Of a stretch of DNA of 64,000 bases, positions 42,401 to 54,400 are shown in pieces (the first letter of the stretch is position 1; each line of letters begins with the position of its first letter). The notes under the pieces are model-generated. The model was given only the letters and a program-made list of their open reading frames with translations, was not told the origin of the DNA and made no database searches. Position numbers and translations under genes: made by a program. The stretch spans positions 44,615,626 through 44,679,625 of the forward strand of contig CM074516.1 of assembly GCA_037379345.1 (NCBI GenBank), read 5' to 3'. Origin of the DNA: Perna viridis. Lineage: Eukaryota.

Positions 42401-45400
42401 GTTGTCACTTCATTCAATAGTTATATATGTTACCAAAAAAAATAAAATAAAATAAATAATAATCATATAAATGAACAATATAGCTTAAATTGTTTGAGTA
42501 GAGAAATATTAACAAGAAAATCTATTCAACACATAACAATTCAACTCTTGCCAAATCATATATTTAGTAGAGTCAATTTCATGTTAAAAGTGCACAAAAA
42601 GTAAAGCCTCCTATTATGTAACAGGCGCTTTCTTGTACTTGTCAGTTAATTAAAGAAACTGGTTGAAATTCTGACAGTTTTCTAAATTAGTGGAAATGTT
42701 TACTTTGTGAATGACACATTTAGGTGAAATTCAGTCCAGAGATTTTGACAGTGAACACCTACAATTTTGTAAAGAATGCAGTATAAAAAGAACACCCACA
42801 GCCTTGTAAGGAAATTCCAAAGTCTATCTCTACAATTACAGAGAAAAAAAAGATTTTACGAGGCAATAAAAAACTAAAAGTGTAGCATCAAAATTCTTCC
42901 CACTTCACATGGACATCCGTTTTATTCAAATAAGTGAAATGGGTACTTTTGACCTTTTTACATTTAAAGCTATCATTAAGCCAGTATTATGGTAATTTTT
43001 TAATTAGATATTCAGGGCAAAGCCATGTTAACATTGGTATCTAACCTTAGGTGGAGTCTGTTCTTCCCACTTATCACAATAATGGTGTAGTGTTGCCTTC
43101 AGCAGTTATTTTCAAAGAAACAAGCTTACCCAGGTACATTATCAGTTTGATGTGACAAAGTATCCTAACTCTTGTAATAAGATCAGTACAGGATATCTGA
43201 CTGTATAGGAGTTTATGATGGACTCTCTGTAATTTCTATTATAAGTGTTTATAGTAAGCAAGGCAAGAGATGGCAATTCAAGACCTTTCTGAAAATATTG
43301 TGGACCAGGTCAGTGTTTCATACAGTTACTTTACAGCAGAAATAAAAAGAAAGATTGTTTTCACATGATTTAAAAAAAAAATATTCAGGAATGTGTGTTT
43401 TACAATAATGCTGGGTAGAAATAAGATGATGATCCTCTGTAAATGTATAGCATCTCATTTCAAATTGTATAAACAATAAAAATGATCAAAGATCGCATGA
43501 TGGTAATGAATACTAATATAAAATCTAAGTAGAATTTTTAAACCTTTCAAGAGACACATTAGAACACTGTGAAATTATATACATGCCATTTAAACATCAT
43601 GTAAACAAGTCATTAATTAACATTAATTGGTAAACAATGTCAATGTTTAAAAACAATTTCATTGAAGTCAATCCATCCACCCATTCTATTTATATCATCA
43701 ACCACTACCAACAGACTTTTATTGCACACAAATAAACAGGTCCAAATTCCTACTAATGTCATTATGACATGGAAGGAGCTTTAATTTAAACCTTATATTA
43801 AATTTTTCGGTTGCCAAAATGAATGAGGTACATACTAAAGTAAACCAAGCAGTCAAAAAAGTCCCACAGTTTAATACAACATGATTGTGATCTTCATTCA
43901 AATAAACTATAATTATACATCTGTACATTTTGGAGAATTTCAATGAGGACTGAACAGGACTGTTTGCATCTGGCCCACTGAGCATCAAAATAGGAATTTA
44001 GCACTATTTAAAAGATGTTAACTACCAATATGTGAGGTGTGCTCTATTTATATCCCAAAGCTCCAGGAATTAAACCATTTCCAATAATCTTAATTTCATA
44101 GAACAAATAACAACTAAAAGGAAACATAAAGAATAAAACTAAATCAAATGTGCTACATTAATGCAATCAACATCTATTCTTGTAAAATTGAAATGTGAGT
44201 GAAATTTATTTTGTTTCTTTCTTTTCATACCAAATTTACTACAGTAGCTAGTTTCATTTTTTTTCTTGTTGGCTTGTTTTCATTTTTATTGATCCTTATC
44301 ATTTATATTATCAGATCAAAATTCCCTTAAATGCAAAATAATGTCTTGGTGGCAAGCACCTTATTGTCCAGTCAATTCCAGTCACCAACAGTCGTAACAG
44401 TAACTAAATCAAAGTTTGCTGCAGAGTACACAGCCATATCTTACAATGAAATCAACCATTGATAAAATGTTGTCACTTTAAAAGACTCTTTGATGTAATC
44501 AACAAGATCCAACACCTACACAATATAAACACACAATCAACTCTCCAGATGACCCTTATCATTTAGAAGTAGTCAGTAAACATTGTCTTTATCAGGAATT
44601 ATTCACACTACTGTAACAATGGCATATGTCAAAAAGATAAGTTTTATAAAAAAAAATCAAAATTTAAGTTTCCCATATTGTTCAAATTTATGAATTTAAA
44701 GATATCAATGACAATGCAGGAGCGATCCATGTTTTCAGATTAGAGCAGCGTAAATAGAATTATAATCCAAGCAAAGTGAGGAAAGACAATGTGAGGATTG
44801 GGGTAGAAAATGTAAAAAGTTAAGATATCATGTAAAAATATTTTTTCTCCAATTCTTAGCCCACCCTTGGAAAACAACATTAGTCCTAAAATATGTGACA
44901 AATATAATTTATTTCTAAATCTCTACTGATTCATAGTTACACTAAAATATGTTAATAGGAGAAGTGTTTTTTTTGTTGTTTTTTTTTCTTGTACCAAGTT
45001 GCAATTCTTTGTGGTGAAACAATGATCGAATTTAAGGGGAAATACTTGCTAAATGCAGGTTGAAATTCAATTTTGCTACTAGAAATTATTTCCACTTGCT
45101 AAAATTTGCTAGTGGAATTCTATATGTCTTATATGTAAAGTCCAGAAATAATCCAAAAAACTTCAAATTTAGCGTGTGTATATTTTCAGTACTTGCTAAA
45201 TTTAGCTAGTGGAAAAAAATCTGAAATTCAATCCCTATGAAAAGTCATATTTCTATATTAGGATAAAAAAGAAATATTTATGTTCCATATCAAAATACCT
45301 GTACTATACAGATGATGTATGCTTATAGGACATAAATGGTCATCTAGAAATCAATTAAATATGTCATGCCTGTCCATACTGACCTGGGGCTTTCACATCC

Positions 45401-48400
45401 TTGTTACCACCAGCTGAGACCTAATAACAACATGCTTACTTTAATACTTATATACAACTCGTTCATACAGCATGTCTACTAAACATTTCAAAATAATTCA
45501 TATATGGCTGCCATGGTAAAAGCTGGTAAGTTATCAAATAGTACTACCGTATTCAACAAAAAAGTTGAGAATTTTCCACATCTATCCCTTTGTGTCCATC
45601 AGGAGTTCAAAATAAATCTTCACTTTCATTTCCTTTGCCTGATACACCTGCTATTAGACTCATGACAACAACACCTCTAGACAATATTTAACCACCTCTT
45701 GACACTAATGTACCACCTCCAGTCAGCAATATACCACCTTCTAACAGCTGGTGCCATGTTTACATTTTTAATTGAACAGTTAATACATGACTGGTAAAAC
45801 TAATAGAGTTATATTTCAAAAGAAGGCCAACATTTGAGAAATGGAAAATATGGCAGTCAGTGTGAATGATAAAAAAGTTTTTGCATCTGAACTCTACATT
45901 TCCTTCAACTTCAAAATTGTAAGAACAGGAAGGAACAGGAGATAGAAGAAAACCATTGTAAATGTGAAATACTTAGGATCATATTACAAAGATGCATAGA
46001 TGTTGTCTCAAAAGTATCCAAGACACATTTTCCAAAATGTATATATAACTTGTTTTTCTTTCCCTTTTAAGGACTGTTAGCTGTGTGAAATTGACTAAAA
46101 TATCCCCACACTTACTGCAGAGGTTCTATTTACACTATGGTTATAGACCTAGCTTTAATATATAAATCACTACAAAATGTCTCTTCAAGGGCTTATATGA
46201 CCAGGTGTATGGGCTTTATCACAAATATTATCATAAGATCATGAATTAAACCCATACCTATATATATGACTGGAGATTGAAAGTTAATGACTAAATGTGG
46301 ACATTTAATTGATCCAATATTTCAAAATTGCCATTTTAAGTAAGTAAATGGGCTAGAATTAATCCCTTTATTTAATACATGAGAAACTGACCAAAGACCC
46401 ATATACAAGCATGGGGTTAACAGTCTTGGGATAGTAGTAGTAGACCAGTGCAGTAGACCCATTACAATGGAAGAATGAAAGGGGCTTACTACTAATGAGG
46501 TTTATATTTTATCAAGACTTTATAATATTTACTCATTATGCCATAGCAGTATTGACCATAGGGTATTTCTAAACACTCAGACCACTACCATTTAGTCCTA
46601 ATCTACTTTAAAATGGAGAGTAAATAAAGTTATATAACACCTTAATGTCCAATGTCTATTTAATGATTTTAGGAGACATAGGGATTTAGAGAATTATAAA
46701 TTCATTGGACTGGATTATCTAAGATTGTTCCCTTTCATTGAAGATTTATTTCAGTTGATCAGATAATATCTAACATAAACAAATGTTCATATTCCCAAAA
46801 TATATCATGTGGACAAGTTATTATATTTATTCCTGATTCAGGTTATAAAATGGGTAATAGACTTGAATGAAATGAGATGAGAAACTTCTGTATGTTGGTG
46901 CACATCTTTTTCAAAACTCCGGTATTTACATCTTTACTAAGTGACTTCTCAGCTATAGACACCTGGTACTTTGGAATGTCTAAAGCCTTTACTGACTACT
47001 GGGTCATAGCAATTTAAGTTTTATTACTCAAGGTACTCCTCAAAAGGTACAAATTTTATAACAGGTAATTGAATTCCTAGTAATTACACTACCATCAAAT
47101 CAAGGTACCTCTTCACTAAAGGGACTATCATCCTATTATATTCAAATTCTATTCTACAAAATCCCAATAAACTAAGTCTATTACCTTAATAATTCAGATA
47201 AATTATTTCTGATACAAGCTATTGAGAGTGTGGTCAGTTTACAGACTTCTACCTTCCGCAGTCTCAATAAAAAGGATCTAAAATCACCATAAAACAGATA
47301 AGGTTGTCCCATGAAGATTGATGTCTAAATGTTGTACTATCTCATATCAAAAATTATCTCTATAAAATATACTAGGAAGAGGACATTTGTAATTTCACAA
47401 GAATATGTGTTAAGTCTGAAGCAAAGATACTTATCTTTGTGGTTTACCAGTAAATAAACCATTTTTGGGTTAGGTAAACCACCATTACCACAAATAACTT
47501 TGAGTGGTAAGATGGTTATACCAGCCTATCATATCCTAAAGCCATTATAGTATTAAGAGATGGTTGTCCTACTGATATGATTTTGAACTTTTGGCTTCTT
47601 TAATATAGGAAACAAAAATACCACCAATTACAGCAACTACTGCAATGCAGTAACAGCTGCTTACTGAAGCCTGAAACTAACCTTCCTTACACAGATGATC
47701 TACACAATTTTAAGATAACTGGGTACTTTTGCTCTCTAGTTTTTATGATTTTACTTTATTGCACAGCATCCATATTTTTATTGAAAACTCTCTTCAAGCA
47801 AGAACCCATGTTATTTCAGCCCATTTTCTTCTCAAGGAAATATGTATACTTCAAAATGAAGTTTTTATATATTGGTGAAACAGTTCACAAGTCACAATTT
47901 TGTATTATAGGTATGTTACACTGGCTCACAATTTAATCTGTGATTGAGCTGACATAGCCAGGTGTCCATTACACTCCCCTGCAGCAGTTTTCTCTTTACA
48001 GCTCTATTTATCTACAGCATTAGTAGAACATGTTGAACTACAACAGTAGACATGATCCAGTAACATTTGTTTTCACAAGAAATGGCAATAAAAAGTGTTT
48101 ATAACCATGTAAAACACAGACATTGTGACCATGAGAAAAAATGGAACATTAAATTTACATGAATGTACAAAACCTTAGTCATTGTCTATCATCAATTCTA
48201 CAAAAATACAGAATGCATGTGGTATTATAACCATTATAATGGACATGCATATATGAGCAATAAATCATCATCAATTAAGTTAGTACCAGCGACAGTTGTT
48301 AAGGCAAAAAAAAATCTGTTTCCTGCTACCTACCCTAAACATATAATGGCCATTTTGGCTCAAGCACTGTTAAAGTCTAGATTATTTCCCCACAATGTAA

Positions 48401-51400
48401 AATATTTTTGAAAAATAAAATAACTTCCCTACCCTATTTTTTTTCTTGGTGGTAGCAGGAAACAAGACTATTATTTTTGTTGGCCTAAGCTCCTTTGGGA
48501 CAGAAACCAGCAGGGCTAAGGCATGTCTCTGTCCTATTATAATACAATTGATGACACCCTTACTAAACCAAATTCAATAAGCTCTAAAGAACTAAATCAA
48601 ATAAAGATGAGAAAGAGACACTACTACATTTGTCATGGTGGGCAATCATATTGAATTTAAAGAACTGAAAGAGATGTTTTATCAATTAATCCCCTAAACA
48701 TTCCATATAGAATTCCATGTGAAACTTTTCCCATTCACTTGTTACAATACAAAGAGAACAGTTACTTTTTGTTCGAATCATTAGTTTGTCACCCTTAAAC
48801 GTTCCATTACATAACACATACACTTGTTTGGACTATTTTCTTTGATCAAGTATGCAGATAAATATGGTATTCTGTACAGGTAAAAAAAAGCTCATAAATT
48901 TAGGAATTAAAAGGCTATAAGTTTTCCTATGTGATAATTAGACCTGTCATAGATTGTGCATCTATTTTCAATAATATTGAGGACTATTGGTTCACTGCAT
49001 GTTAAAGGGCTATAAAGAATTCTGTCTCTGGACTGGGTGTTACAGGTACCATACACCTTCTGCATGAAACTTAAAATTAATATAGTAAATACATCCAATT
49101 TAGTACTGATAAAGTATTGATCACCAATGTTGTCTACATTCATACATATACTTATATACATGTAGTATACTTGTTGTTTAGGGCCATAAAAGTGGTTTCA
49201 TCACTTTAAAGTTGGATGTTCTCAACTAGTTTTCCCCTATAAATTTGAACCTGAAGTACCAGTTTACAATTTTTCTAATCTAGACAACACAATACTATGA
49301 TATCATAAGCATTTTATCTCAATAACCTTTAAATGAAAATTATATTTTCTAAATTATTTCTTTTTTAAAACATTTTGACAACTCACAGTATGCAACTGGA
49401 TCAAAACTTAGATATGCAATATATGAAGAAAGTGGTTTAATTATAGATATGACTAAACTTTGGCCTAACATTCCGAAAATATCAAAGTTTAAACACCCCC
49501 TACAATGACAACTGCTCGGGCTATACTTAGTAAGCCCCTATTAAGATCTGATAAGAACGTAATAAGTTTTAATGAATTAAAACTGACAATTCAGTCCTTC
49601 CATCGACTCTAAACAGGATGTGAAGATTTGCTCTAAACATCTCGACAGGATAAAATTTCAGTATCGTTTTTCACGATCAAAATCAACATTATCCAAAGCA
49701 GCTTTGATCTTTTCTTAAGTAAAATATGTCTTTATCTTCATGATTTTTTTCCTATACATAAACAACACCACTTGCGACATTAAATCTTATGTAAAAAGAG
49801 AATATGCTAATATCACGTTTTTTTAAAACCAACAGATAGAAATCAGAACCATAATGTATAAAATATATATTGCTACACTGGACAATTGAAGGTCATATGC
49901 TCTTTTATTTCCTTTTGTATTATTCCTGCAAAAAAATTCAATTTACTGTTATCCAAACATGGTTCTATTGAAGAAGGCAATTAATTTTTACAATCATATT
50001 GACTAAAGAATTAGATACTTAGTTCAGTATCCTGTGTCAAGTCAAACAGTGTCATCAAACACTCTTATTTTTTTTTTACATTTCCAAATTTTGGATTAGA
50101 ATTACTTCTCTGAGTATATTCAACAGTAAAGTAAATGAAATTCATTTAGCAATGTGTATAAACAAGGTAAGACATTACATTCCTGATTTAGTTTGTAGAT
50201 GACAGAATTTTCCACTTGAAAGAAATACTAATAAAATGACCAATGACAGGTTCAATACATCATCAAATCAAATTATATCTTTATTTCTGGTTGACTTCTG
50301 GCTAATTATTACCAGGCTTCTGGCAACTTTATGTAGATCAAAGGTATAAGCCAAGGTGATCTATTCTGCCCCACCACATTGACTGTTTTATGGTATTGTA
50401 AGACACCTGGTTACTTCAACTGCCTTCTAAAGGCTTTATAATAAATATGTTTTTTTTTCTGTAAGAATACTTTGAAAGTATTTCAGTACAATAATATGAT
50501 GCAGAACTCAAAAACCATTCTTCTGTATACATCTATATATAGAAATGTACTTCTTAACATTAAAAAAAAGTCAGTTTTTAGTACATGTATATAAAGGGTG
50601 AAAAAAAGGAAAAAAGGGTGTAAAGACATATCTTAAAAAATAAACCTATTGTCCTGACAAGGGAGATAACCAAAGTAAAGAATAGAAAGAGCCCAAATCA
50701 CTCAGCTGGCTTAAATAGGCACAATCTATTTTTTTTAGAAAGCAGCCATAGTTCTTTTTGGATAAAAATTCAAATCGAAAAAATACAAGATATCAACTTT
50801 CACTGAATTCTATCCTGAAGTTTCGCAGATGATTTTCTAAAATTAAAACTATAGCAAAAAACCTTGAACAAAAGGCTTTTAGTTCCAACACAGATTTTCA
50901 CGAAAATTTGGCTACAGATAGATTTCATCATGCCGAACCTTTTTACTCCACCAGAATTTGGCTAACCCTAACAATTTGGAATCATATGTAAAAAAAAACT
51001 GCTGTCTGCAGAATACCATAAGGAACAATCATTTCAATTTTCATTGACTCCAACATTCCAACATGGGGCTTCATATTTTCCCAAAAATTTGGGAACACTT
51101 TTACCCCAATGTTAGAAATTTGCTAAAAGGTTTTTGAGATATATGTGAAAAATTATTGTCCCCTATGTTCTATTTTTAGTAAAGGAAGCCATATTTTTCT
51201 ATGGATAAAAAATTAAGCATAACTTTGTGCAGGATACTCTAAGGAAGAAACACACCAGCTTTCATGGAATTCTTTCCAGTGGTCTCGGAGAAGATGTTTG
51301 AAGAAAATGTTAACAACAACAATGACATGGACAACAACTACGCCTATGACAACTAGTTTATTTTAGTAACAGTATAGATGGACATTCCCCCACATCTTTA

Positions 51401-54400
51401 CTTAACTATAATATCTAATAGAGTTTCCTCAATTTCATGAGAAGCCCTAAATGTTTGAGTGAGTGAAACTTAAAATGCTAATGCCAGATGGTGACTACTT
51501 CAAAATTTGTTAGTTCAATTGAAGGGACATACAGAAACTGTGACAGAAACTGCCATATTTACAATAAAGGTATACTTGATAATTTTCAGTGCCTACAGAT
51601 CTTCAAGTATAATAATCAGTCTATTATGGGTGTCAACAACAAAAATAAAAGGAAGTAAAAATCTCAATATACATTTGAAATGATTTATCATGAAACAAAC
51701 TTTCAATTTCAACTATATACAGGAAAAGTCAACAAACACATGTCGCCATAATCCAAACCTATCAAAAGCTCTTCATGAACAAATATCAATTACACTTTCT
51801 ATTTCAGGTACAAAAGACACGAAAAACAGCCACAAATTACTTTATATGTGTTTTCAACAGATTTAATGTATACCTATAATTGAAATTCATGCCAATTTTT
51901 TCTCATGCATTGAAGTTAGAACTTATTAGCTTTTAAAATTCTTAAATTGTCAGTGAAATAGTATCAAAATGTCTACTTCATACAGAGTATTGCACCTTTT
52001 ACCTTACAAAATGATTATTGAATCTTAAAGTATTTCAATCTTTAAGATGGATTTTCATATCTGTCACAAATCTACAATGCTATTGAGAATCAACCTTAGG
52101 AGGAAACAGTACACATACTATTGACTTAATTTTCAATATCTTCATTATTCAAAAAGTTTTCATTTTAAATTCAATGCAGGTATAAAATGTCCTGTAATGT
52201 GCAGTCATGATACTGTGTTTCTGTTCTTAAAATTAAAATTAATTACTTTAAAATTTTAATTTGTGACAACTACAAAGAAGATAGAATGATATTACATTGT
52301 AGTAACCCTCTACTTTTCAGATACTTTCCTTTTCTTAAAATTATAAAAATTAGCATACAACCCTGTCACAGGCAGTACAATATCAATATAAATGACCAAT
52401 AGGTAGGTCTTGACACTCAACAGATCCTCAAAATCTCAAAGATCTTTTCAATGCTACCAGTCACAGGGATACACAGGGCAATTCAACTTGAATATTTTCA
52501 AATAAGAATTTGAAAAAAAAGTAATTATATGAAAATTACCTATACTGAGCTAAAGTAGACTGTAGGTATATATATGTTGTACATTTGTGTCACATTTCAT
52601 TGTAATCTGTCAAAGAATTTATCAGCATGTCCATGTGTTTGACCACAAATGTTTACAGTGGTCACTTAATCCCATTTATCAGATGAATATACAACATTCT
52701 TGGGACTTTAATCCTTAACCCAATACACATTATAGTGTTATATTCAAAGGTATTTATCGATAAAGTATTGATTTCCCATACATTTCGATAATATCAATTC
52801 AGATATGTACTTAACTTTGGTAAATAACTCAAATCATTCATAAAATGAGGAAAAACCAAATCTAGGGCTTGTTTCGTAACCTACATAAATCTATGATACC
52901 CATCTAACTTTATGTTTGGAACTTAAATATACTATATGAGTTCTTTTACCTTTAAAAAGCCAAATCTTTACTGTGTCAATAAAGGCTACTAAATGGTTGT
53001 TTCCAATTTTTTACCAGACCAACTTTGGGCAGTTTATGTTTAAATTGAAATACCATGAGGAAGTTCACAAAGAGAATAACTCCCATTTCAAACTGACTTA
53101 ATGTAAAACGCTTGCTGGATTATCTCCCTTTGGCATTATTGAACAGTAATTATATTCCTTCATGCACATCTGCATATGATACCCAACCTTGAATTTGGAT
53201 TACCTCTCTTTGAATTCCTACAACAGGAATTATTTTCATGCACATCTGCATATGATACCCAACCTTCTTATAAAATTTCATCAAAATCCCTTGAGCAGTT
53301 TAGGAGTTGCGCTTACAAGAAAAATGGACAGACGGATGGATGAACCGTCGGATTGAGTAATTCCTACATTGCATTTACCCCCAAAACTCTGTTTGCAAGG
53401 GGTATAATAAACTGTGAGGGGTTCTATGAACAAACATTAATTGTCCCAAACATGGTTAGGCAGGCAAACAACTTAAAATAATCATATAGATTTCCAAATG
53501 CCAATGAAAAACAAAGTTTGCAGACCAATGGATTTTAATGGTGTTAAAATACCGACTAAGTTACATATATATGCAAAATAACAAAATTTGTCCCAAGAGA
53601 AAAATCAGAAGTCAAACTATATGGGATAGAGTGTTTTAAAATTTTTACTGTCAAGTCAGGCCAAACAGTCTTCAGGTTTAGTGATAAAAGACTGGCCAAA
53701 AGTTCTGAGTGAACCACAGAAGATCATCTCTGGATTTTCTTTGCCATTTGATTTGCTTGAACACACAGGGGTGACAGAACTAGTGATTTAATGATTAATT
53801 CTATAACCACTCAATCATCTTGCACCCTTTTGAATATTACAGTAATCTTAAGGTCTGAGAAAACCAACCATAGTTTATGCAGTTAGTCATCTTAATGAAT
53901 ATTAAATTGGAGCAGTTAGAAAACTTTTAAACATGTGGATCTAAGTATTATAAATAAGCCAGTAGCTTTAAAGCATAACAATAGTGACCCATCTCAAATA
54001 ACAAGGACCAACAACTCTATACAGCATTTACACATAATACAAGAAGTCATCAGAAATTCAGAAAAATTTGAAGAGCAATAGACCACCTAGCATTCCCCCC
54101 CCCCCCACCCCATAATTTAAATTATTTTAAATGCAGCATTTTTTTTTAACTTTTAATTTCTGGAAGTTATTTATAAGTATTTTTCACCAAATAAAATATT
54201 CTTTTAAAAATATCGAGCTGAACATTCCATGCTCCTTACTCATTCAAACAAGAAAATCAAATTCTGTAAAGTTTACAATTGAAAGCACAATAAAGTTAAA
54301 AAGCTCAACTATTCAATAAACCATGGGTATTTTAGTATGGTCACATTATATTTACAAATATACATCTTCTTATCAAAATAACATTATCATAAAACTGTAT

